A stretch of 64,000 nucleotides of DNA from Psilocybe cubensis (lineage: Eukaryota). The stretch's first letter is position 1, and every line of letters starts with the position of its first letter. A program made the translations under genes and the position numbers. The stretch spans positions 1,984,001-2,048,000 of the forward strand of contig CM039002.1 in the NCBI GenBank assembly GCA_017499595.2, written 5' to 3'. A model generated the notes under the pieces. It worked only from the letters and a program-made list of their open reading frames with translations, ran no database searches and was not told where the DNA came from. Below, in pieces: positions 26,701 through 40,263 of this stretch.

Positions 26701-27623
26701 GAGCCCATCCTATGGTATAATAAAATACACAAATTCTGGAGAAGATGGGAGGTAGTACCCTTAAATCTTAGAGTTGCACTATGATTTTGGGCTCTATAAA
26801 TTGGTATATTGCGCGCCTACCCAGCCCTAGTTGGGCCTGAATTTATCTGATCAGGAAGACATTTATACAAGGGGTAGGAGGAGGGGTAGGGTGCACATCC
26901 TAGTTCAATAGGTTCCACTGCTTCAATTGAGTTGAAACTTGGCATGTACTCCGTCTAACATAAATAATAAATAATGGCATAGTCAAAAGGGTGCATACCA
27001 ACCCCTGGAGGGTGCTATTCAAGGTGCGCTTTTTGGCCAAAACATTGTACGCTTAATTACACAATAATGAGTAAAGATATTGCAATTTTGATTTCATATT
27101 CGGATTGGGACACTTTAAAACTATAGGTCTATCAAAAAAAACCAAGGGAAACGGTCCAGAAATGCCCCCAAAAGCGCCCAATCCATTGCCAGCAATGCAC
27201 AAAAGTAGCATAGGATGAGTGTTATTTATAGAGCCAGGAGCTAAGGGAAGGGGCAGGGACAGGGCCCTGATGTAATGGCTATCAGACCTAATTCTAATAT
27301 ATTTAGTCCGAGTTCCTGAATCAAAAATAGTGCTAGATTCTTGCATAATCACAGATAAGATTAATCATACCAGTTAAATGAAATGCATTAATATTTATGA
27401 AATCGCACCAGAATAAAATGAATTAATGTTAATGAAAGCACACCAGAATGAAATGAAATAATATACATAAGCAAGTAGTAGAGTTATGAAATGAATCAGC
27501 ACTCTGGCAGGCAGACTTAATGAATTGGCCAGGTAACTCAAATGAATCATTTCAAAGATTATAGGTAAGATAACAAATCGCCTTGTAACCAGTTACCTTG
27601 TATGAAATGATTTGGTTGGAAGC
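23772..27623. mobile_element. 3852-bp foldback-type non-autonomous element with TA TSD
   Basis: Arms 23794-25433 and 25961-27600 (1640 bp) are near-perfect inverted copies; mirror ORFs all sum to 51394. Outer 16-bp termini GCTTCCAACCAAATCA. TA at 23770-23771 and 27624-27625. Confidence 0.93.
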
Positions 27624-28571
27624 TACTAGTGGATGCAGAAGAAAGAGGGCGGGGGATACCTATTAGTGATGAAGTATAAGATGTGTTTGTACAAATTGAT
27701 GTGATGGATATATCAGAGTCATAGCTATTGTAGATGTCATTGAGACCCGAACCACTTGCAACTAGAGCGACATTTGCGCCTGAACCACTTGCAACTGGGG
27801 CATGATCAATACTAGAACCCCCAGCAATCGGGGCGGCATTGCGCAATCCTTGGCAAGAGACTTGCCTAACCGGAGACACTGATGCATGACTACGTCCCGA
27901 TAACATGCTACCTGAGGATGTGGCAACGGGTGTCTGCTCGTCCAAACATTGGTTATCGGATTCTGGTATTTGCCCAGTACCTGTACAATGTAGACGACAT
28001 CCATGGAGATAGTCTTTGTTCCAACTTTCATCAAGTTTTTCAATGGACAGAGAGCAGTTGTTGGTATGGTGAGGGAGATAGTTCCCTCTTTTCATACAAG
28101 CAATGACCTTGTCTGCATAACACTGATGAATGGTGTTGGTGCTGTCAATACTCCCCACAAGCCAAAAACCATGTTTGGGACCTTTTGGAAACAAAGTTTT
28201 AGCAAGCACTATGTATATGGATAAGAAGAAAAGACGACGTACATATCAAGAGCAATGGAAACTGTCTGTCCAGGTCTGGATGTATGAAATAATTCTTTGG
28301 CCGACTGACAAGCTTTCTAAGACTGGCTAGTGTGAAATCGTTGGGTGAACAGACTGTCAACGGTGTCATTAGATGACCTTGGCCTCCCTCATGGCCTAGG
28401 TGAATGAAGTTGAAAGGCAAAGAGTAGTATTTCTCCAGAAATTCTTTGTATAAGCCACCCACAATCCTCAATTCACTTGGATGCTCGGCGCAAGGGAAAC
28501 TGAATCAATTGCTTGAGTTGATGAATAAAAGAATTATATTTCCTTTTTAAGACTTTTCAGCCTGCACGGTT

Positions 28572-28786
28572 GCACAGGCGAAGGCTTTTTTGTTACAAAC
28601 CAGACTTTTTTGCCATTCCTCAGAATTTTCCTTTTTAGTACTTTTGAAATGATGGCAATATTTTTGTCGACAGGTAGACTTTTTGCTGATGACTCAGGTT
28701 TTCCCAGCTCCGCCCGATATTTTTAAATCACATATGTACGTTATTTAATATTGTCCAATGCGGTCCCCCATACACGGTCCCCTATA
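28572..28786 (-). repeat. Right TIR of outer element
   Basis: Ends ...GCGGTCCCCCATA CACGGTCCCCTATA; inverse of 11533-11726. Confidence 0.9.
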
Positions 28787-29382
28787 GTACCTTAAGCTGG
28801 CTTAGATAATTGATACACCACAAGAAAACGTCAACTTACAGTCAAATGTTTAAAATGTGTATAGTGTCTGACAAAGGTACCCAAAAGCCAAGAAGAGACG
28901 AGAAAACCCGGCCTCCAGTCCCGATGCAAAACAGTCACGGTGAAAGAGTCAACAAGTACAACCGGCGCTTAACTTTCCACATCCTCTGAAAAATTAGGAC
29001 AAATACCAGGATAAATAAATGATATATCAATACCATGTTTCGACGGTTGTTATAACAGACCAACAAAAGCCAACAAACGGTGAACACGAAGGTTTCCATC
29101 GTCCAAAGACTCGAAAGAAAGAAAGAAAGAACGATGATCTTATAATTCTTATTCGACACAAGCCATTGATTTGAATTAAGCGCAGTCTGGACCTGGACCT
29201 GGACCTGGATTGTTTGGAGTACAAAGAGGTATAAAATAACGAAATCGGTATGTAAGATGGAGTTTGAAAAAGCAGGAACGATATCGATAGACCAAAGTAC
29301 TTAGTAGTAGTTATCTCTTAGTCAACACACGATGTCGAGGCTGGTTTCGCCTTATCAAGCACGCTTTCATCGAATCATCGAA

Positions 29383-30820
29383 TCATTGAATGAGGATCAT
29401 CCAAGCCAAAATAAAGTAGAACAAACTTATCATCATCATCGTCATCTTGTCAGTACTAGTCCCATGAAAGATAATGCACAAGGACTCACAGGAGAGGGTA
29501 TACAGCCAGCAAAATGCGCGGCTGGTCGATTTTAGTTCCGTCCAGGAAATTCACAGAGGCTATTGTAAATAAAAAATAAAAATAACTTGTAAGAAAATGC
29601 AAACAACATCAGTAAAGTGAAGTGGACGGACCCCAGATGCACCATGCCCAAGCTAACAGAGCCACAGGCGCGCGTATCCATATAACATGGACAAAGCACG
29701 AGATCAAAGCTGCGATGTCCAATGGGGCGATGCAGTAACCGAGGACGCAGAGGCCCTGGAAGAAAGAGCTGTAATGAACGAGGTCTTATGAGGATTGTCG
29801 GGAAAAAAGCAAAGCAAAGTAACGACGGGTTCTTACACTCTTCCGCCAAGAAGCTGCCATGAACGGTGTAAGCGTTGACTGCCTTTAAAGAAAATGGGAG
29901 GTTTACCTTTGCTTGAATGGTCACGGCCAACGCTCCCATTGAACAGATGACGATGACACTAGAAAAGACACCCAGAGACTGCGATTTCGGAGCCTAAGGT
30001 TGAGAATGAGGATTAGTTGATAACGCACGTTAGTCTGAAGGAAACGCACATTAATACTCAGCATGATTCCTAGACACAAGCAGAGCAGTAAAGGACCCCA
30101 TAGATCCCAGTCTCTGTGGTAACATAACTTGAATATTATCCTCCAAACCAAAGTCGATAACAACCGACCTTAGAACTTCGCGTCCACTAGACCGACGTGG
30201 ATACAGAACTTGAACGAGCTTGGAATAGATGGAGAGCAAGTCCCGGGCCTGTCAGGAAACGTCAATTTAGCAAGGAACCCATCACAGAGGGCATAATACT
30301 CCGCCGTACAATGGTCGTCGTTACAGGCTCATCCAGCGTATCCCCTCCAGAATACCTATCCAAAGTCTTGTGAGCGAGATCCATTGCGCATCACTCAGAA
30401 CGGAGTTGAGATGAGTGCAGCGTACCGCGTCTCCACCTGCACACCTCCCACCGTCTGGCGGTTTGCCGCCCTACCGGCGTTCTGCGAGCTCGAGCTTCCG
30501 ATGTTGCCTGAGAGCGCGGCGGCGGGGTTGGGGCTCGCAGGCGCCCGTCCGTTCGATGTGCCGGGGGCAGCGAGCTGCTCGGGGACAAACGTCGCGCGTC
30601 CCTTGCCCTTGTCTGCAACGGGAGACTGGGCAAGTCCAGGATGAGAGAAGCCGGGAATATCATCGTCGTTCAGGTCGTCGTCGTCATCTAGTACATAATA
30701 CCACGGACGTGTGGTGTGAGTGTGAGCGTGCGGTACAAGTATGCTTTTTCAACCCGGTTACACCGTACCTGCTTGGATGAACTGGGAGCTCGCGGTGAGT
30801 GGTGTCCTGATTGGGTCCAT
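29383..30820 (-). CDS. Yip1-domain Golgi membrane protein (Yip4/YIPF6-like), multi-exon
   Basis: YSGGDTLDEPVTTTI-ARDLLSIYSKLVQVLYP; DWDLWGPLLLCL; SFFQGLCVLGYCIAPL; ILLAVYPLLLFYFILAWMILIQ*. Confidence 0.9.
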
Positions 30821-31029
30821 GGAGGGCAGTTGTAGTGAATATAGCCTTGCCACGCTTCAGGCTTGAGCCTGATGTCGGGCATAGTCACGTTTAGCGGAGT
30901 TGCAATCTTTCCCAATTAGGAAGACTGACGCGTCGCCTTTACACTTTCAAAGTTGTCCTTGGTCTCATAACCCAAACCCTTCACTCTCATCCCATCTCCC
31001 ACATTCACAACCCATAACAACACTACATA

Positions 31030-32664
<1,635 letters not shown>

Positions 32665-33537
32665 ATTACTTTTCCGTCTTTTCTTTCCTTGTCGTATTTA
32701 CTTGAGTTGTTCTTTTCATTTTTTTTTCGAATGATACATACATAGTCATTCTTGCATGCATCTATTCTGAGATTCGCTGTGCTCGCGATAAGGATAAGAA
32801 TCTGGGTGGGCGGCGCTGTCAATCCAAAAGGCTGCATGAGTTGTGGCTGGAGATAACGTCAACAGCACATCGAAGGTGCGGTGCAACCTGCCTGCAGGGT
32901 GCGGCATGCTTACAGTGACACAAGAACGGTGGAATGCGGAAGCATATCTAGCATTAATGCACACAGGGGCTGGTATACTACATAAAATATAGTACGTCGA
33001 AGTCTAAGTATCCGTGATGGGGCTGTAAACACATTTAAATACTTGTCATGGAGTCCACTATATGATGCTGTACGTTACGGTAATGGATTGGAGTGCGGAT
33101 CGTGAATGGGACATGATGAAAGGATGGAATTGAGGAAAGAGAATAAAAATAAAAAATCGGAAAACGTGAAAAGGGGAAAGGAGAAAGGGTAAAAGGTATT
33201 GATGGGGCGGAGGGGGGGTACAGTACGAATTGTATGTGGAGATATTGAAAAGGGGCCTTTCCGAATGCAAGGTATTTAATAGTACACTGTACTTTAAGAT
33301 AATAAGAAAGTGGATAGGTGAGAAAGATTTTCGTTTGGGATAATGTAGATCTGTCCGTTTTTGGTATTTCGTCGTAAAATCCCCCATCGGCCGCGAGTAG
33401 AAACAAGGGTGTAAAGAACTCGGGGGTGGTCGAGGGAGTAAAGTGGAAGAAAAACGCGAAAAGTGTGCAGATGATTTTTTGGTATATTATAACATACGAG
33501 AGATCAAAAAAAGAAGCCATGGGCACGATTTCAGAAA

Positions 33538-35913
33538 TCACGAAGGCAGCAATCTGAACGCAGAAAGAACCAAGTCAGCAAAGCACACGGGCACAAAAAC
33601 CCGCACATAAGCAGGAGAAACAAAGGAAACAACAACAGCAAAATAACAGACAAACTCACCTCAACCACACCTTCCCACCACCGCTCTTTTCTCTGACGAG
33701 CTCCCACACCCGGCGGCCACCGAGCGTCTTCCCCGCAAGCGCATCAAGCAGCACCTGCTTTCCCTCCTTCGTGCCTTCATACTCCAACACCCACTCTCCA
33801 AACCACCCATCGCCCACCTCGCCCTCGCTCTCGTCGCCCATACGCATACGCACCACGCGCGCGGTCCACGCAAAGCGGCGCGCGAGCGCATAGCCCTTCG
33901 GACTGTGCGGGCTCGGCACCTTGCTCGTCGAGTGCACGAGCGTCAGCTGCGGCACGTCGTCGCACACAGGCAGCTTCTCAATCGCAAAGCACATATTCGC
34001 GTGCGGCGGGAAGATATGCGTGTAGTAGAACGGCGAGGGCAGGCTCAGGGGGTCCGCGAGCGGGAGAAGGTCCGGTGGGGTGTACGGCACGAGGACCTGC
34101 CCGTTGAAGATGAGCCATTTCTTGCCGCTTTGCGGTGCGGAGGAGGGTGAGGCGGAACCTGCACCGCTGCCGCTCGCTGAGCTCCCACTCCCGCGCCTGC
34201 TCCCGCGCATAAGCTGCGGCTGCGACTGGCTGCGCAGCCTCGAAGACGGGTTTTGCAGCGTGAGATTCGACAAGTCCTCGTCCGAAGACGGGTCTTCCGG
34301 CGACGGTGGGATGTACCCTAGATTGCAAACCACATCGCCTGTTGAAAGGTGCTCCCAAAGACCAGACTCCTCCAGCTGTTTCTCGCACTGCACAATGTTT
34401 TCATCGTCCAGCTTCGCGCACGGCACGAACACGCGCAGGATCGGTGCACGCGTGCGGCATGTTGCGAGCACCAAGTCGTGAGGCGAGCTCGCAGCGTGCA
34501 CAGAGCCCGAAGACGACGAGTGATGGCTCTCGCGCATCTCCGCAATGGACGGCGGCCCCGAATTCGAGCTCTCACTCGACGCATCCGCGCTCGCGCTGAT
34601 GGCGAAGCGCCTGCTCGGGCGCTTAAGGGCACCGAAGTCCACGGAGACCTCACGATGGCGACGCCAGGTGTGCGAGTAGATCTTGAGCGTCTTTGGTTCT
34701 TCCGGGGGAGGAGGGGAGATGCCATAAGCGTTTTTGCCAAAAATAGAAAGTCTTCTGCCCTTGCGAACGGATGGGGGCTGTATGGACGACATTGACATCA
34801 TCATCATGCTCGACAGCCTGTTCGCGGACGGGCCGCTGCCGTATGGGTGTACCTGTGCTAATTTTGGCGACGCCGCAGCCATTCCAAATTCACCTAGGTG
34901 TGCGTTATCATCTGTCCTGCTGGTGATGGTGTTGGAGGGCTGGGACCGGCTGTGCTTGTGCTTGTGTTTGTGCCTTGTTGTGCGCATGGTTTCCAGGTCC
35001 TGGGCAATTGATGAGGGCGACTGAGGCTGGGCGGGGGCATAAGCCAGGGGAGCTGGAAAAGTCAGCTCGCGCAAGGTCTGGACTGGGGAAAACCGGGACT
35101 TTGTTCTGATTTCCTCTGGCTCTAATGGCAACGGGAGCGAGGAGCTGTGCACGAGGGACTGGAGAAGCAGGACGAAGCGCGAGTGGGCCTGTGTGAGTGC
35201 GACTAGCTTTGCGGTGGCCTCATCGTCCTCGAACGTCGGGAACAAGGAGGTGAGGATGCGCAAGGCGTGGGTGGGGTATCGATGCGGCAGAACCTTTTGT
35301 GAGATCACTGGAGAATATGAAATATAATTAGTATGTATGATGAAGAATGTATTGGTTCGAAGGAGAGAAAAAAAGATGGGATGGGAGCGAATGGCCGTAA
35401 AAACGCGACGGACATACATAGGAGATCCAGATCGTGCACTGATACCTGGACGTCTTGGTACTGATTCATGTCCCGGACCCGCACAGCGTAGGCGTACCCA
35501 GGGACGAAGCGAGAGAGGACGACGTCGCGCAGAGCGGGGTCCTGGAAAATAGCGCGAAGGGGTTTGCAAGTAGATAAAACGGAATAGACATCAACCCAGT
35601 CCATGTGGGCGAGGAGCGCAGCGAGTATAGGAGGGTTCTTGAGGAGGGCGAGGAGAGAAGAGGGGGAATTAAAACGAGGCATAAAGCTGGAAAGGGTTCG
35701 GACGACTGGAAAAACGGTCGTAGATTGTCGGGCGGTGGAGGAAGAGGGCAGGCGTTGTTGTGTCTGAGAGTTCCGGCGAGGCTCAGGAATAGCGGGCAAG
35801 GGTCGCGCTAGATGGAGGGTTCCTGGCCCAGAAGCGCCGTCGGGTAACTGTTGGAGTGGGTATCTGGGCGACGCAGCGAGGGTTGTTGTCGTTGTAGAGT
35901 ACATGGAGGCCAT
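33538..35913 (-). CDS. Hypothetical protein, 3 exons, possible degenerate F-box-like segment near the N-terminus
   Basis: Long ORFs joined by GT-AG introns at about 35417 and 33659; [34 protein letters not shown]; globular-looking blocks [19 protein letters not shown]. Confidence 0.75.
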
Positions 35914-36137
35914 GTCTGGGGTTGTCTGACATGAGTTGAGGATCAAGGAGCCATTCCTCTCTTGGTCTCCGTCCACCATTTCTGACGCCCGTGAATGAGT
36001 TCACCGCACGTGACCAAATATCATGCCGTAATCAACCGTCTCTTTGTAGCGCCCTTTTCGTGGCGTGCGAACTCGCCACACACCACCGCTCCAGCAACAA
36101 CCACACCAACACGCATCACCACTGACATTGGCACTCC

Positions 36138-37496
36138 ATGGTCCGTCTCCTCATCTTCTCCTTCCCCGCCGGCATTCTGATGCTTTTCGCAGGGTCTTGA
36201 TCTTGAGCGTGAAGTTTTCGGTGGTTCAGAGTCTGAGCTCTCAGACGAGGAGGAGGGTTAGTGTCTTTGTGTTTTCAAGCGCCGCAGCTCACTCACGGGC
36301 ACCTCGCAGACTACCAGCAGCAGCACCAACAGCACCAGCAGCAGCAACACTACCACCAGCCCTCTCCAGCAAAGCAACGCCCGTCTGTCTCAGCGCGGGA
36401 CGAGTACGAGTCCACCGGCGGCGACTCTGAGGATGACTATCAGCAAGAACGGCCCGCCGCGGGCAAGACTAAAAAGCGCCTGAAAAAGGCAGCAGATGGT
36501 GGTGAGGGCAAAGTGCAGAGGAAGAGGAAGCGCAAGGCGCCTGTTGAAGTAGACTTGGCAGACCTGCCCCCTGAACAAGGTAAGTATTGACTTGCAAATT
36601 TTATTCCTTGCATTTCCTGACATGAAGTCCAGCCAGCAGAGCACGCCTGGACATGCGACTGGATGAAATCTTGAAAACCAAAAAGTCCAAGCCAAAGAAA
36701 AAGAAAAATGAAGAGATTCTGGACAACTTTGCGGATGATGAAGTTGCAAGGTTAAGAGAGGCGATGAATAATGCAGCTGAAGAAGACATCCGGGCCAACA
36801 CCGAAAAGATGCCAGCCACATCAAAGCTTCGACTGTTACCAGAAGCAATGGACACCTTACGAAAGTGCGTATCTGATTGTTGAAAAAGTAATTCGCGTGT
36901 AATTAAACATCTCTCGTGGCTAAATTAGAGCATCGCTCGCACAGTCTATGATCGACAACAACCTTCTGGATGCAGTCAGACGGTGGTTGGAACCACTACC
37001 TGATCGGTCGCTTCCTGCCCTGAACATCCAGCGCGAGTTCTTCAACATCATCAAGAAGATGGAGTTTATCGACAGCTCTGTGCTGAAGGAATCCGGACTT
37101 GGACGCATTGTACTGTTCTACACCAAGTGCAAGCGTGTGACACCAGACATCATGCGTACGGCAAGCGACCTCGTGTCGGCGTGGTCTCGCCCCATCATCA
37201 AGCGGTCGGCGTCGTACCGGGACCGCGTCGTGCCGGTTGCGCAAGAGACGGACATGGATGCGCGTGCAGGGGAGCGACTGAATACGATTCTGGCGCGTGC
37301 GAAGGAACAAGAGAAGGGCCGGGTGAAGCGCAACGCGGTTATGATCCCACAGCGTGAGCTAGGGACATACACGGTGGCGCCCAAGATGAACGCAGGAATT
37401 GGACGGAGCAATGTGAGCGTGGATGTGGACATTGAGAGGCGGAGGAAGAATGCAGAGCGATTGCGGAGTCTGACGCGCAAGGTGAGCATGAAGTAG
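36138..37496 (+). CDS. IWS1: Transcription elongation factor IWS1/Spn1
   Basis: AAEEDIRANTEKMPATSKL; IDNNLLDAVRRWLEPLPDRSLPALNIQ; LKESGLGRIVLFY; WSRPII. ATG-only first exon. Confidence 0.93.
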
Positions 37497-37874
37497 AAGC
37501 TGCCAGCTTGGCGTGTGTATGTATGTAGGGATGTATGTTATAATTATTCTTCTCGCGTAACGCCTCATGCCTTGCCATCAAAACGCTGCACAACACGTTG
37601 CTGGCGATCCCGAAAGGAAAACAAAGCCTCTGCTCGCTGTGCTGGGCGACGCACTGGGATTGGCGCTGTGTGTCGAGCTTTGCTGAGTTAATATCATGCA
37701 GGCCACGAGGGAGAATGTCCATATCGGGACAAGCGGAGAATGAAAAGTGGTGTTGTGGAGTGTTTGTTCTGAATTACTCCCCGCGGTTGCGCGCTTGAGC
37801 TGTTGTCGGTCCCTGCTTCCAACGACCAAAGCCAGCCCACTCATTTATTATTTTTCTCTATTTTCCCCTCCGCC

Positions 37875-40263
37875 ATGCACTCGTCGCGTCGCACACACGC
37901 TCCCGCTCCTCTCGCCATCGTTCTCCCCCATCCCCAGCTCAACTCCCGTCGCTCTTCCCTGCTTTCTCTCAACTCTGCCGCTTCCCCCCATACGCCTAGG
38001 AGCTGCTCCTCCCCACTGCCTCCCGTCTACTACCAGCCCTCTGCCAACAGGAACAGCACTGACAGCTGGAACAGCTCAAATGCCGACGACATGGATGTCG
38101 AGTGGAAGCAGGAGCACGTCCTTCTGCTCTCAAGAGTCCGTATTTTTTCCGTTTTTCTCGCGTTTTTGTACTCACAGTCTTTCTCGCGCAGACCCTAGAT
38201 GCTTTGCCTGCCCACCTTGTCACTCCTTTTAACGGTTCAGTTCCCCCTTCTAATCTCCTTGACAAAATCGCAAGGGGCGTCTCAAATGCAAAGGGCCCCG
38301 CAGAGTGGCCGTATTCCATACGCGCAACACGCGTCAAGCTGCTCGAGCTCGCCCGCAGTCATGCCAAAGAGGAGGCTCTTGCAGAGCAGCGCCGCCATGC
38401 CATTGCCGAGGAGGTCGAAATTAATGACGACTCCAATTATTCTTATTTCCACAACGGCGAAGAGAAACCTTTGACAGGCGTCGGTATCGCGCCCCGTCGT
38501 CCCCTCTACCGCCAGTCTAGCATGGACTTTATCAAACCTACGCTCTCTGAAATCAAGAACAATTCTGCTATTGCAAAGTAAGTCTTCGTATCTCTTGCTG
38601 ATCTCTGGCGAACCTACTGGTTTGGCTTTCCTTTCATCTCCCTTCCCCCCAACCCCACCCTTTCATTGTTCTCTTTGTCCCTGTACCTTCATCTCCGCCC
38701 GCGGATCCTCATCATAAACAATTTTCCCCCTTCGATAGGCTTTCTAGTCGCCTTCAACGTACTGATCGGATAATCCCCAACCCGAGCTATCACCCATATT
38801 CCCGCATCCCCCGATCCCAGCAAGCAAACCGCAGATCTTCTTCCCCACCCCACTCGAATGATGTCCCCGCACTCATCAACCAGTCTTCCACCCCTAGCTC
38901 CACCACCCTCGACAGCTTTTCTACCCTCTCCTCATCCGCCTCGGCGCCCCGCGTGCTACGCCGCTCGGCCTCCACGCTGTCTTCCGGCTCGCTGCTGAGC
39001 ACCAGCAGCAACGGTATGTCTCTTGCTGACCCGCGCATCCAACGTGTCAGGCGTTCGGACTCGTTCTGCTCTGGCCCACCCGCCCCGCCACCGAAGGACA
39101 CCCCTACGCTCCAGCGCGCAGGGTTCAAGCGTGCGCCGTCGTACGGTGCGCTGGCTCAAGAGGCTAGACAAGAGGCGATGGCAGCCGAGCGTGTGCATGC
39201 CCGGAAGCTGTCAGGCTCCTACCCCTCCTCGGACGAGGAGGAGAAGGCGCGTACAACGAGGGCAAAAAAGGCAAAGACCAAAGTCGGCGCGGCGGTGGTA
39301 TCTGCACCGGTGCCTCCTAGTCCGTCGGTGGTGTCGCCGCCGAGCTCTGCGCCGCCTTCCCCCGGGACGGCACCGTCGTCGCCTGTTGCGGTGAAGACGC
39401 CAACGGGTGCGACGAAGCCCAAGTTGGCATCTGCGATCCCAAAGCCCCGTCTCAAGGGTGTTGCTGCGTTGGCAAAGGAGGGAGAGGGTGCTGTGAAGAG
39501 TCCAAAGGCAAACAAGCTCTCGTCGCCTGCTTCGATTAATAAGGCGGACGGGAGTGCGAGCAAAAGCAAGACAGGCAAGGTGGACAATAAGGATAATCTT
39601 ACTTTGCAAGACAACAAGGCAAAGTCCCATCCTAGAGCTAGACCTCCTCCCATGAACCTGCAGAGGAATCCAAGCATGTTCGGCGCCGAGCTGCCGCCCC
39701 TGCGTGCAACAACGCAGAACAACAATAACGCCCCACGCTTGCCGTCCTCTCCACCATCTGCATACCGTGGGCCCCTTGCCGCCCCATCCAAGATGCGCTC
39801 GCCGTCGCCCGGGGCCGTCCGCCCGCTAGCCCCCGCAGCCACCCTGTCCGGAAACGCAAACGGCAATATAATAGGCGCCAGCGCATTGGCCCTCGCCCCC
39901 GCCGCGCCCGTGCTCGGACCCGCCGTTGGCGCCCATGCATGCGCCTACAACTCGCACGTGACGCGGTCGCCGGCCGTGATGAGCATGGCTGCTGCTGATT
40001 CGACGGAGCCTGCGAGTCCGGGTCCGGGTGCGTTGTCGCCTGCGCTGACGCTTGTGATGACGCCGGAGGTGTCGCCCAAGGTGCGCACGCTGCGCAGGGT
40101 GAGGAGGCTTGCGCCTGGAGGGAGGAGGATATCGTTTGGGAGTCTGGTTGCGCCGGGAGAGGAGGGTGAGGCGGAGAGTCAGGGTGCGGGGTTGGGGTTG
40201 GATGTGGGTGCGAGGAGTCCGAAAGGGATGGGGTTGTTGGGGAGTGCGTTCCAGTTGCATTGA
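37875..40263 (+). CDS. Hypothetical Ser/Pro-rich protein, 3 exons
   Basis: MHSSRRTHAPAPL; introns at about 38136-38190 and 38578-38738; TLDALPAHLVTPFNGSVPPSNLLDKIARGV; long final exon ending GSAFQLH*. Confidence 0.75.

Larger units (their letters stand above)
21038..28499 (-). pseudogene. Degenerate HECT-like E3 ligase gene, 5'-truncated and split by two insertions
   Basis: Frame is restored on removing 23772-27623 (ASTS|TSPASSG) and 22451-23460 (SSFD|ITTGS). HECT-like blocks NAYGNGVLCKVL, YFILRVVLAFII..LPSCLSSALF, YLNGTRHP, LHFLKSVTRSKVLP, VVYTC. Several stops. Confidence 0.62.
11533..28786. mobile_element. Outer TIR DNA transposon derivative (non-autonomous), about 4.3 kb after removing three nested insertions
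   Basis: About 195-bp imperfect inverted repeats at 11533-11726 and 28572-28772, starting TATGGGGGACCGCATTGG. The right end has an extra 14-bp terminal unit to 28786. AT-rich interior between GC-richer host genes. No unambiguous TSD. Confidence 0.8.

Noticed and set aside
24042-27352. Duplicated 99-aa and 60-aa ORFs on opposite strands
   Set aside because: They are mirror products of the inverted repeat, start at non-ATG codons and show no recognisable motifs.
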